Shown: piece by piece, positions 26,830 to 43,387 of the stretch | Numbering within the stretch: the stretch's first letter is position 1 | Layout: each line of letters opens with the position of its first letter | Assembly: GCF_009914755.1 (NCBI RefSeq) | Contig: NC_060928.1 | Strand: one strand, 5' to 3' | Source: the human T2T-CHM13v2.0 reference genome, Homo sapiens | Length of the DNA: 64,000 nucleotides | Notes under the pieces: model-generated | Seen by the model: only the letters and a program-made list of their open reading frames with translations | The model's database searches: none | What the model was told of the DNA's origin: nothing | Made by a program: the position numbers and the translations under genes

Positions 26830-27330
26830 TGATAGGTAGACCTTCCTGGAAGAGTTGAAGATATTCATGGCTTTCAATGGGACTTTCTTCCTTGGCTTGG
26901 ACTACTTGCCTTAGAAAGCTGTATATAAATTTTTTTCTCACCTTGTCTGTCATTGCAAATGAAACTATATTTGCATTACAGGCTTGGCAAATGAGGCTCC
27001 ATGTACTTGCTACAATGGCACTAGATAACAGAATTGCAGATTATTTATGAAAAATTAAGGTCTGTTTACACACTGGTTAGCACCTTCTGTTTCCTCTGAA
27101 TGAATGTTTCAGGACCAGTTGAGGACCCTTTGCATAAAATTTAAGAACAAATCAATTGGTTGTTCAAATTGAACAAACTAGTCCATGATATCTACTCTTA
27201 CAGTTTGGGTTTGGCAAAACAGGAATTTAGCTGGGGAGCATTCTATAAATATTAGTTATGCTGTTTCTATCTTTGTTCCCATTCATTGCTTTTGTCATGT
27301 CAATTGTTAACAAAATCATAAATGCTATCG
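26830..27330 (+). pseudogene. Decayed endogenous retrovirus env (TM subunit) fragment
   Basis: Translations DFLPWLGLLALE, IANETIFALQAWQMRLHVLATMALDNRIADYL and SVYTLVSTFCFL*MNVSGPVE resemble the fusion-peptide region, heptad repeat, immunosuppressive domain (LDNRxALDYL) and a degenerate CX6CC region. Stops and frameshifts are present. Confidence 0.7.
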
Positions 27331-27448
27331 CACAGTCAGCATTCCACCAGTTCATACATCTGATGATTCTATAACAAAAGAAGTCTGAAACAACACTGAA
27401 AAGACACTAATAGTGTGTGAAATTCTCTCTCCAAACAAAGGTAGTAGT

Positions 27449-28260
27449 GTAGACCTAAAAATCTGATAATTTGCCTATCTTATTGTAGCCATGTTGTTTT
27501 GCCTGAATAGATGAAAACCAATAGAAGGCACTGTAAAAGCAGTTTTCACTCACAAAGCTCTTGTTCAGGAGATATTAAAAGCCGGATGCTATACTTGACC
27601 TTCCCCACAGTTGGTTCTAACCAGCCATATCTTATAAATGACAATGAACTATCAGCCAAAGATGATCAATGACTGTGGTATCTAAACCCTCACCAGGCCC
27701 AGTTGACGAGTCTTCTGTGAATGGTGAACATGGAATTGCTACTTACTTACTTACTTATTTATTATAGAGACCTTGCTCTGTCACTCAGGTTGGAGTGCAG
27801 TGGCACACTCATAGCTCACTGCAGCCTTGAACTCCTGGGTCCAAGCTGTCCTCCCACCTCAGCTTCCTGAGTAACTGGGACTGTAGACACATGCCAACAT
27901 GCCCAGCCAATTTTTAAAAGTTTCTGTAGAAACGACATCTTTCCATATTGCCCAGGCTGATCTTGAACTGCTGGCCTTAAGCTATCCTCCTCACTTGGCC
28001 TCTCAAAGTGCTAGGATTACAGGTATGAGCCACCACAGCCAGCATGGGATTTGTTTTAATCATTTATATCAGTACTGTGGATTCATCCCACCCTCTCCAG
28101 TGTACAGGCTTCAGTCCTTAATTAGCATAATCACAATGGACTTTTCTTTCCTTGGGATATGTCAGTCCCTGACTTCTCATCTTCAATGAACTATGAATTT
28201 TTTCAATGATGGGATTATCTTCCTGGCAAGTAAACAAACTCAGTGCTCATTTATTTGATC
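27449..28260 (+). mobile_element. Probable 3' LTR of the old ERV, interrupted by AluJ
   Basis: Purine-rich aaaggtagtag precedes TG at 27449 just after the env remnant. The segment ends with agtaaa...tttgatCA at 28260. Confidence 0.45.
27738..28043 (-). mobile_element. AluJ with (TACT)n-derived tail
   Basis: catagctcactgcagccttgaactcctggg...gagccaccacagccagc. Confidence 0.9.
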
Positions 28261-29399
28261 ACTATAGTGGTCTAGGTATTCCTTTTAATAATATTCATAT
28301 GTTTCTATTTTACTTACTATTTAAATAGGGGATAGTAATTTGATTCGGTTTTAGTCAGACAAGTAATATATTTCCAGAGTGTTAACCAGGACTTAAGAAA
28401 CAATGGGATTCCTGAGTGGTTTTAAAAACACGTATCTCCCTGCTTTTTTAAATGGTTGCTCATTTCACCATAATTTTCACAGAATCTATAAACAAATAGT
28501 TAATGCTGGTCTATTAGATGATTTCTCTAATTACCGTTTGCTAAATCTTTTCAGCGTTTGGCTTGCTGTACAAGAATCAAGCAAGATAGAGACTTTTGAT
28601 TTCCTATGAATTCAATAGGAACTCAGAGGATGGGTGGAAAGACATTACAAAAGACCGAAATCCCAATTCTTAAATATTCAAAGGTTTTGGATAAGATGGT
28701 TCAGAGTTTCACTGGCAAGCACTCCAGTGCCCTGGATGGGGACATGGAAATGCACACACGGAACAAAATGCTGGAGTCTGGAGGGGCTTAGAATTCATTT
28801 GCACTATCTGCTCCTTCCTCAACAGATGGTAACTGTGCTCTAATTTCAGTGAGTGCTGATTAGTAAAGTGGTCAACTGAAATGCTATAAGTCGGTTTCTT
28901 TTATTAATGAGTTAATGCGACCCTCAAAAAGACTCGGCCAACACACTCCCATATTAGTTGAAATTGTGCAAATCCAATGTCGACATCAGGAAATGCTTTA
29001 ACCTGTGAGAAAATAATAAAGCCCACCCTTAAGTCATTTATACTTCTTAACAGATGGAAGGAGAGAAGGAAGTAAAGATGACATAGGTCACTTTCATATA
29101 AAATAATCAGTTATGTGCTGAATGGAATAGTGTACTTTAATTCAGCATTACTATTATTTTCTTTTCAATGGACTCATTCTTGGAGCTGCATTTTTTGTAA
29201 TATCTGAAGAACTAATAGTTCAAAAGATTTTTCTGTGTATTGTATTTCTGCACAAGTCCCTAGCTGTGTATAACATCTTACCATTTTGTGCTTAATGTTA
29301 CACGCTGCCAGTTTCTTCCCTGTTCATTTGGTTTTCCTGGTGTGCCCTAAAGATATAAATTTAAAAATAACTATTCATTCAAATGGTCTTTTTCCTTTC

Positions 29400-29712
<313 letters not shown>

Positions 29713-29894
29713 CTTTTTCCTTTCTTAAAAAAAGAGTAATACATAAAGAGTTTTAAAAGCCTTAACGAGCAATAGAAATGAAAGTGGCAAATGAAATGAA
29801 ATATAGAAAAAAAATCCCATTCAGTCCCTTTGGGTCTTGTGAGTTAGGTAAATTGAGGTGAAGACTGCATGCTTTCCTGCTTTTCCTCTTTCTG

Positions 29895-30180
29895 TTTTCT
29901 TCAGACAGAGTCTGGCTCTGTTGCTCAGGCTGGAGTACAGTGCGATCTCAGCTCACTGCCACCTCCACCTCTTGGGCTTAAACCATTCTCCTGCCTCAGC
30001 CTCTGAGTAGCTGGGATTACAGTTGCATGCCTCCATGCCCAGCTAATTTTTGTATTTTTTATAGAGATGGGGTTTTGCCATGTTGGCCAGGCTAGTCTTG
30101 AACTCCTGAGGTCAAGTGATCCGCCTGCCTCGGCCTCCCTAAGTGCTAGGATTATAGGCATGAGCCACCACACCTGGGCC
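29895..30180 (-). mobile_element. AluS (Sx-like)
   Basis: Dimeric Alu with CpG decay; gtcaagtgatccgcctgcctcggcctccc. Confidence 0.9.
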
Positions 30181-30359
30181 TTTTCTGCCTTCTCTTAACA
30201 GTGACATGCAGAACTTGGAGAAAAAAGCTGTACAAGTTTTTGATACTAGAATGCAGCAAATAATAGGGCTTGACTCTATTTTTTTATGTTTTGGGCAAAC
30301 TCTAAAAGGCATAAAGGAGCAACACAAACACAAATGGCTCTGATATAATTATTAGAGAG

Positions 30360-30945
30360 TGGTTCCTATTTTGTATTGCCATGTAAAAATTGCCATGACC
30401 TCAGCAGCTGAAAAAACACATATCTCACAGCTTCAATGAGTCAGAAGTCCAAGCCCAACTTAGCTAGAGCCCCTGCTGGGGGTCTCAAAAGACTGAAGTC
30501 AACGTATTAGCTGGACTGCATTCTCATCTGGGACCTCAAATAGGGAAGAATCTACTTCCAAGCTCATTTAGATTTTTGGCAGAATTCATTTACTTGTGGT
30601 CATTCAACAGCTTCTTACTGGTTTTGACTGGAGGCTGCCCTTAGCTTTTAGAGGCTTCCGGCAGTTCCGTGTCATGTGGCTCTTTTAATAGGTAGTTCAC
30701 ATCATGGCTGTTTCCTTCTTTAAGGTCAATGGAGATTCTCTCTAGTGTGTGCCAGCAAGACAGAGATGCACACACACACATACACACAGGTATGCACATG
30801 TGTAAACCTAAACATAGAAGTGGCATCCATATCCATCACCTTTAACATATTCTGTTGATTAGAAGCAAGTCACAGGTCCCACATAACACTCAAGGACGAG
30901 AGGTTATACAAGAAGTGTACATGGGGCTTATCTTAACATTTTGAC
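30360..30945 (-). mobile_element. MLT1 (ERVL-MaLR) LTR
   Basis: tatctcacagcttc..tgagtcagaagtcc...gggaagaatctacttccaagctcatt..ga.ttttggcagaattcatt..cttgtgg...ttagaagcaagtcacaggtccc. Confidence 0.75.
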
Positions 30946-30949
30946 CCCA

Positions 30950-31100
30950 TTGTTTCCAACTTGGCTGCACATTAGAATTGCTGGGGAAGTTACTCAAAAT
31001 ACTGATGCCCAGTATTTACTCCAGACAAATTAAATCAGAGCGTTTAGATGGTTGGGCCCAGATTTGTATTTTCAAAAAACTTCCCAGGTAATGTAATTAT
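30950..31100. mobile_element. MER5-type hAT-Charlie fragment
   Basis: ttggctgcacattagaat...ctggggaa...aaaatactgatgccc...attaaatcaga...cttcccaggt. Confidence 0.75.
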
Positions 31101-31309
31101 ACAACAAATATTTCCACAAGGACCATGTGTGCCTATTCAGTAATTCTGGAATTAGGGGACTCTTCTTTTGATTACCAGAATGAAACATGAGAAAAAAATT
31201 TTTTAAATTAAGTTCTTTTCAGTAGGAGGTTCATAAAGTGAGAATTCATGAACAAGCAAAACAATATTAGGTAGTTGAACTAATACCTTTAGGAGGACTA
31301 CTGGTCTAA

Positions 31310-31654
<345 letters not shown>

Positions 31655-32963
31655 CAAACTAAGGAATCTTTCTGTCTAAAAATTAACATTAATAACTTGG
31701 AATGTAATAAAAGACGTTATTGAAATGAGTGAGATGTATCTGCTAGGAAAGAGTTTTCATGTAAAGTGCACTTAGGAAACAAGACTCAGTAAAAAAGATT
31801 CACCAAATTCTCCGGGGAAAATGATTGTTGGTAAGAATAAAAAGAAGCACTAAACTAGGATGAATCCAATTCCTTCCCATCTTCTAGCTGCACTTGTTTT
31901 CCACTAAATGTGTTTTATATATTTTGCTGTATTGTGCAAGTTCTTCCTAAGCAACTCTGAATAAGGCAATGACATCTACTAATCTGGAGGGGCCCCATTT
32001 TTTTTGACATTTGGAATTCTTGCCCAAGGAAAGGGAAGACTCATCTTTCCTGAACTTGTCATGCAATGACTCTTAAACTGTATTTGCAAACTTGTGTTCA
32101 TTCTATTATGTCATACTACTTCGTGGTGAACTGTAAAGTAAGAGCATGTTGGGCCTAGTAAGGAAACAAGTTAGAGTTGAAGACAGTGAGCAAATGAAGG
32201 AATCAGAGTAAGCATGGAGGAGCACACGGCTGGCAGGAACAGTTGAAGTGCAGCTGTTCCCTCCATCCTCCATTTCCACACCAGGAGGCCCAGGCAGGTA
32301 AGTGAGGACAGAGGCATAGGGGTCAGGGAGGGGTGCAAGGCAGCAGAAAGGATCTGTAATTTGTGTAGAAATCTGTCAGTAATCCCTTCCAGATATCTTC
32401 ATTGTACTGTGCACCAGTGTACTCCTCCTTAGGACTTTTTTCCCTAGCAAATAAATTCAGGGGAGAGAAAAATTGAAGCTGTAAAGGCAAAAATCAATTT
32501 AAAGCACGAAAGGTGAAATTATGTAGAAAAATATCACCCTTTTATGCCTAAGTAATCACAGAAAATGTGTCTGCCAGCCTGAAGCCATTTTATTAGAAAG
32601 TAGCCCAGGTGAAACAGGGAAATAGCATTACCAAGCTCAACTTGGCTACACACGACAAAATGAGGGAAGAAAAACATTGCAGGTGAACAAAACTGTATTT
32701 AGTGGTTAATAAAATTAGAATGTTTTACACCTAGAGAGTACCCTCTCATGAATCTCTTCTCAGTACTCTGAAGTTAACATTGGAGATGATTTCTAATTGA
32801 TGGTTTTGGTCAATTTACAATTAAATTTGTGAAACAAAAGGCAGCATCTTTTAATGCAGCATCTCTTAACTTCTAGGTCCATATGGCTCCATTGAGGAAA
32901 TACCATTTAAGTTATTTTGAATTCGTATCAAAAACCATGTGGAAAAAAATAAATTCATTTCAT

Positions 32964-33230
32964 CAGTGCTTCTCAAACCTTACAGCCAATACCCTAAGAG
33001 CAAATCGGAGTGAACCTGTCCCTACAAGGGGCAAGGACCAGGGGCCCAGGGCATAGCTAGAGGCTATAAGCTTTGAAGTCACAGCAATAGCTTAAAAATT
33101 CACTGTGAATTTTGTATTCAGTTTTATCAGTGCTTGTATTAATATAAAAGTAAAACTCCTCAGAGGATGTGTAATAAATTTATCAAGTTTTCCCACACTC
33201 CCTAGCTCATAGGCATAACCCCTGTATTAA
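32964..33230. mobile_element. Possible old hAT (Charlie-type) element
   Basis: Starts with the hAT-like terminus cagtgcttctcaaac; the body was not identified. Confidence 0.3.
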
Positions 33231-33554
33231 ATGACCAATATTACCTACAATAAGTGTTATTGAAGTTGTGAAGTCTCTTAAGAAAACAGATCTCAGGCAT
33301 AGGTTATTGAATCTGTCTAATGTATTGCAGTAAAAATTTCTTACCCCACAGTAATTATAAATTTGAAAACAAGTAATTCATGCATAATTAGATAAACACC
33401 CAAGCCTAAACATGTTTTCAAAAGAAATCCATTGTTTTTCTATCAGTTACCACTCATTACTCCTCTTTCTACTGAAATAAAGAGTTCCCCAAGCAGTGAT
33501 GACAGCAGATATCAAGTCCTGAGTTCTAAAAACTATCTTTCATTTCTAGGTGGA

Positions 33555-34092
33555 CACTCAAGAGAAATTCCTCCGTGCAAAATTTATATGCACACAGAAA
33601 CTTGTTTACATGAATGTTCAAATAGCACTATTCACAATAGCCCCAAAATGGAAACATCCAAATGTCTATCAATTGATAAATGAGTAAATAAAAAGCAGTA
33701 CCATATATACATACAATAGAATATTATTTAGCCATAAAAGGCATGAAGTACTGATATATGCTATAACATAAACCTTGAAAACATTAGGCTAAGTGACAGA
33801 AACCAGACAAAAGACTACATATGGCAAGATTCTATTTATGTGAAAGACCAAATAGACAAATCTATAGGGAGAGAAAGTAGATTAGTGGTTGCTAAGGCCG
33901 AGAGTAGGGAGAGGGGTGGCGGAAATGGAAATGACTGTATGAAATTTATTTTTGGAGGATATAAACTGTTCTACAATTAGATTGTGGTGATGGTTGCATA
34001 ATCCTGTGAATATACTAAAAACCATTCAATTGCATACTTTAAGTGGGTAAATTGTATAAGATGTGAGTTTTCTTCAATAAAACTGTTAAAAA
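33555..34092 (+). mobile_element. L1MB/L1ME 3' end
   Basis: atagcactattcacaatagccccaaaatggaaaca.ccaaatgtc.atcaa...gagaaagtagattagtggttgc...ttcaataaaactgttaaaa. Confidence 0.85.
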
Positions 34093-34624
34093 TATGATAT
34101 AGTATGTATTTTCATGTAAATAAATAGATTTTATTTTAAAAAAACAAAAAAGTGAAAACTAAGGGGAAGGCAAAGCCCCAGAAGTGTCTGATTGTTTATA
34201 TTCAACAACATAGAACATAAAATAATGAAGGAAATTGTTTAGGGTTTTATATACTTTCGCTCTTTGCATCAATGGCATGAGAAAAAAAATCCAAAGCATT
34301 GTTTATGCATTCACATTCACAAAATGAAATTCAATAAGAAATGCTAGAATTATTTCATATCTTTCCTGACTGTTCATTGCAGCAAATAAATCACATTTTA
34401 CCATTTCCTAGTCATACTCAATTAAACTGTTTCTGCAACACACTCATATTTATCAAGTAACCTATTAATCACATATGTACTTGTTTGTATAATAGTTTCT
34501 CAGAAAGCCTAAGCTTTCTTTTCTCCATAAAGTAGGTTAATGGTGACTGAAAAGTTTTCTTAAAATGCTTTCCATAAGAATAATCCAAATAGACCTACTG
34601 GGATCATGCTGAATATTCAATAGA

Positions 34625-35080
34625 ACAGTCAATAGCATTCTCAGAATTTTAGGACTGGAAGGGTCTTTGGAGATGAGCTGTTCAACCTCTTCATTTTGCA
34701 AATCAGGACCTTAGATCCCAGAGCCAGCAAACAGCAGAGCTGGGACTGACCCTTAAGTCTCCTGATTCCTAGGCCTGTACTTACCCAAATGATAATTCAT
34801 GATAGTAATGATGATATTGCAGAAGGTTTTAATCAGTTACTGGAACAGTGATCTGAATTGTAGCACTTTTCAGTTGTACAGTGGTTAACAGTTTATAAAA
34901 GACTTCCATATACATAATTTTATTAGTGCTTCATCACACCATATAAGCCAGGCAGGAATTAGCATCTCTATTTTAGAATTAGCTAATTTTTAGAGATGCT
35001 AATTTTAGGTTAAAAAAGGTTATAGGATTTGCCCAAAGCCATAGGCATAGTAAATACTAGATATGGAATAAGAACTTCAT
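34625..35080 (-). mobile_element. MIR-family fragments
   Basis: agaattttaggactggaagggtctttggagat...tcattttgcaaat; atctctattttaga...atttgcccaaagccata. Confidence 0.55.
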
Positions 35081-35400
35081 ACCCAACACTTCCCAAGCTA
35101 AACTCATTATTCTCTGCCACCATGTTGCCCAGTGCCCATGCCAGAAATCTGGGTGCCCCTCCTGACTTCCTCTCTTTACCTCCTCGAGTTCAATAACTGT
35201 CACTTCCAACTCCTACACCACATTTATTTAATAAAAAAATCAATCCACTTCTCTCCACCCTTATTGCCACCACCTAAGTTTCTACTAACATCAGTCTCAC
35301 ATTATTTTACTGCCATCTCCTCTTTTCTAGTTTTGTCTCTACCTGCATAATCTGGTCTTCATAGTGCAAACAAAGTTATGTGTGCAAAGCACATTGTGAG

Positions 35401-35773
35401 TACTGTGGTCTGAACATTTGTGTCCCCTTCAAATTCAGATGTTACTATTCCAACCCCAAACGAGATGGTATTAGGAGACGTGGCCTTTGGGAGGTGACTT
35501 GGTCATGAAGGTTCTGCCCTCACAAATGGGATTAGTCCCCTTATAAAAGAGACTCTTCAACCATTCAACAGCATGAGGACACAGTAAGAATTTGGAATTT
35601 GTGAACCACGAAACAGGCCCTCACCAGATACCAAATCTGTTGGCACCATGATCTAGTGCCAACTGGGAAGTCTGGAGACTTCTCAGTCTCCAGAATGGTG
35701 AGAAATACATTCCTGCTGTTTAAAAGCCATCTAATTTATGGTGTTTTGTTACAGCAGCCTGAATGGACTGAGA
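35401..35773 (+). mobile_element. MLT1A (ERVL-MaLR) LTR
   Basis: tgtggtctgaa..tttgtgtcccc..caaattca.atgtt...gatggtattaggag..g.ggcctttgggaggtga...tttgttacagcagcctgaatggactgaga. Confidence 0.85.
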
Positions 35774-35859
35774 GAGTCAGCATGTCACCCACCACCTTGT
35801 CTAAACCTTTCCTGTTTCCTCAGTGTCCTTAGGATGAAGTCTATCGACATCAGTTAGAA

Positions 35860-36068
35860 CAAGCTTGTCCAACCTGTGGCCCCTGGGCGGCATGCGGCCC
35901 AGGATGGCTTTGAATGTGGCCCAACACAAATTTGTAAACTTTCTTAAAACATTATGAGAATTTCTTTTAAGCTCATCAGCTATCATTATCATTAGTGTAT
36001 TTTATGTGTGGCCCAAGACAATTCTTCTTCTAAAGTGGCCCAGAAAAGCCAACAGATTGTCACCCTTG
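35860..36068 (-). mobile_element. MER30 (complete)
   Basis: caagcttgtccaacc...cacccttg; 8-bp TSD agttagaa (35852-35859) / atttagaa (36069-36076). Confidence 0.9.
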
Positions 36069-36335
36069 ATTTAGAATATCCTTCATGGTCTGGAGCATGC
36101 TCACTACTTCAACTCTGGCCGCAGCCTCTGCAGTCAGGTTTACAAAGTTACGGTGAATTCAAGCAGTGCCCCAAATCTCCTTTGCTTTTGCTGTTTCTCC
36201 CTTTATGCATCTCCACTGATCTTTTCTTTCTCCTTCACTTGGCTAATGCCTACTCATTCAGGTCTCAGATTATAGGTTATTTTCTTTTTTTTTTTTATGT
36301 GCCCCCACTTGAATTTCTTTATTTTATTTATTATT

Positions 36336-36368
<33 letters not shown>

Positions 36369-36559
36369 ACTTTAAGTTTTAAGGTACATGTGCACAATGT
36401 GCAGGTTACATATGTATACATGTGCCATGCTGGTGTGCTGCACCCATTAACTCGTCATTTAGCATTAGGTATATCTCCTAATGCTATCCCTCCCCCCTAC
36501 CCCCACCAACAACAGTCCCCAGAGTGTGATGTTCCCCTTCCTGTGTCCACGTGTTCTCA

Positions 36560-40377
<3,818 letters not shown>

Positions 40378-40440
40378 TATGATGTTAGCTGGTTATTTTG
40401 CTCGTTAGTTGATGCAGTTTCTTCCTAGTCTTGATGGTCT

Positions 40441-41458
40441 TTACATTTTGGCATGATTTTGCAGCAGCTGGTACCGGTTGTTCCTTTCCATGTTTAGTGC
40501 TTCCTTCAGGAGCTCTTTTAGGGCAGGCCTGGTGGTGACAAAATCTCTCAGCATTTGCTTGTCTGTAAAGTATTTTATTTCTCCTTCACTTATGAAGCTT
40601 AGTTTAGCTGGATATGAAATTCTGGATTGAAAATTCTTTTCTTTAAGAATGTTGAATATTGGCCCCCACTCTCTTCTGGCTTGTAGAGTTTCTGCCGAGA
40701 GATCCGCTGTTAGTCGGATGTGCTTCCCTTTGTGGGTAACCCGACCTTGCTCTCTGGCTGCCCTTAACATTTTTTCCTTCATTTCAACTTTGGTGAATCT
40801 GACAATTTATGTGTCTTGGAGTTGCTCTTCTCGAGGCGTATCTTTGTGGCATTCTCTGTATTTCCTGAATCTGAATGCTGGCCTGCCTTTCTAGATTGGG
40901 GAAGTTCTCCTGGATAATATCCTGCAGAGTGTTTTCCAACTTGGTTCCATTCTACCCATCACTTTCAGGTACACCAATCAGATGTAGATTTGGTCTTTTC
41001 ACATAGTCCCATATTTCTTGGAGGCTTTGTTCATTTCTTTTCATTCTTTTTTCTCTAAACTTCCCTTCTCGCTTCATTTCATTCATTTCATCTTCCATCA
41101 CTGATACCCTTTCTTCCAGTTGATCGCATCGGCTCCTGAGGCTTCTGCATTCTTCACGTAGTTCTCGAGCCTTGGCTTTCAGCTCCATCAGCTCCTTTAA
41201 GCACTTCTCTGTATTGGTTATTCTAGTCATACATTCATCTAAATGTTTTTCAAAGTTTTCAACTTCTTTGCCTTCCGTTTGAATTTCCTCCTGTAGTTCG
41301 GAGTAGTTTGATCGTCTGAAGTCTTCTTCTCTCAACTCATCAAAGTCATTCTCCGTCCCGCTTTGTTCCGTTGCTGGTGAGGAACTGCATTCCTTTGGAG
41401 GAGGAGAGGCGCTCTGGTTTTTAGAGTTTCCAGTTTTTCTGCTCTGTTTTTTCCCCAT
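40441..41458 (-). pseudogene. L1 ORF1 of element A (premature stop at 40952-40954, frameshift near 40808)
   Basis: ORF track MGKKQSRKTGNSK...GVPESDG* and MKEKMLRAAR...QNHAKM. Confidence 0.92.
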
Positions 41459-42041
41459 CTTTGTGGTTTTATCTACTTTTGGTCATTGATGATGGTGATG
41501 CACAGATGAGTTTTTGGTGTGGATGTCCTTTCTGTTTGTTAGTTTTCCTTCTAACAGACAGGACCCTCAGCTGCAGGTCTGTTGGAGTTTGCTAGAGGTC
41601 CACTCCAGACCCTGTTTGCCTAGGTAGCAGCAGCGGTGTCTGCAGAACAGCACATTTTTGTGAACCACGAATGCTGCTGTCTGATCGTTCCTCTGGAAGT
41701 TTTGTCTCAGAGGAGTACCCTGCCGTGTGAGGTGTCAGTCTGCCCCTACTGGGGGATGCCTCCCAGTTAGGCTGCTCGTGGGTCAGGGGTCAGGGACCCA
41801 CTTGAGGAGGCAGTCTGCCCGTTCTCAGATCTCCAGCTGCATGCTGGGACAACCACTGCTCTCTTCAAAGCTGTCAGACTTGGACATTTAAGTCTGCAGA
41901 GGTTACTGCTGTCTTTTTGTTTGTCTGTGCCCTGCCCCCAGAGGTGGAGCCTACAGAGGCAGGCAGGCCTCCTTGAGCTGTGGTGGGCTCCACCCAGTTC
42001 GAGCTTCCCAGCTGCTTTGTTTACCTAAGCAAGCCTTGGCA

Positions 42042-42224
42042 ATGGCGGGCGCCCCTCCCCCAACCTCGCTGCCGCCTTGCTGTTTGATCTCAGACTGCCG
42101 TGCTAGCAATCAGCGAGACTCCGTGGGCGTAGGACCCTCCAAGTCAGGTGCGGGATATAATCTCCTAGTGCACCGTTTTTTAAGCCCGTCGGAAAAGTGC
42201 AGTATTTGGGTGGGAGTGACCTGA
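42042..42224 (+). pseudogene. L1 ORF0 of element A, truncated to 60 aa by CGA>TGA
   Basis: MAGAPPPTSLPPCCLISDCRASNQRDSVGVGPSKSGAGYNLLVHRFLSPSEKCSIWVGVT* matches primate ORF0. Confidence 0.8.
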
Positions 42225-43387
42225 TTTTCCAGGTGCTGTCTGTTACCCCTTTCTTTGACTAGGAAAGGGAACTCCCTGACCCCTTGCACTTCCCGAGTGA
42301 GGCAATGCCTCACCCTGCTTTGGCTCGCGCACGGTGTGCTGCACCCACTGTCCTGCGCCCACTGTCTGGCACTCCCTAGTGAGATGAACCCAGTACCTCA
42401 GATGGAAATGCAGAAATCACCCGTCTTCTGCGTTGCTCACGCTGGGAGCTGTAGACTGGAGCTGTTCCTATTTGGCCATCTTGGCTCCTCCCCGATTATT
42501 GGTCATTTTCTTGGGACGCTTTCCTTGAGTCATCAAGGATGAATAAGGTGCCTTACCCACTTATTCTCATAGTAATTGAAGCTTACTCTTACCATAGCAT
42601 TTACCCTGCCTTATTAACTTATCCCCCATTAGACTGTAAGTTCTTGAGAGCAAGGATTATGTCTTTTTCTGTGTCATATCCCAGTTGCCTAGCATATAGG
42701 AGGTACTTAATAAGTATTTGTTAATTATAAAATAATGCTACAGTAAAGTCAGAATACTGTTAGGCCATTTCTGAAATTCAGCCCAAGTTCTAGCTAGGTG
42801 TTTCTTTACATATTGAGGACAATCCTTTTCTGAATCCTAAACACTTAAGTTGGGCAAGTGGTTAAGGTATTTTCTCATTATAAAACACAAGATTTAAGTG
42901 AAATCCTATATAAAAGACACAGTAATGCTAACCATAATGAATTTTGAGATGTTTAAATTGAATACAGTTCTATGCAAGAGATACAAATTGTTTCCCCTCT
43001 CCCTTTTCAGAACTCCAGTAGAAGTTGATTGATTAAATCAACCATGTTTCAAGAACTATCTGGATTTCAAAGTGTACTCATCTAACTAGCCCTTGTGTTC
43101 TAGGATATCAAAGGCCTGATTTATCATAATTACCCACTGAAATGCATATTATGTTTTCTCAACATGTTTATTGTTAAAGATATTTCTTACACTATCAATC
43201 CAGCACATTTTGTTCTGAAAGCATTTTTCATTTTAGTAATCAGTCTAGCTTATCTGTACTAACCTTCTAAGATTATGCAAAGTCACTATTTTTATATTGA
43301 TTGCTCTTCTTAGTTTCAGGCTTTAAATACCTGCCAGGGTTTTACAAACTTAAATTATTTTGTCTTAGATAAAATAGAAGATAGGTG

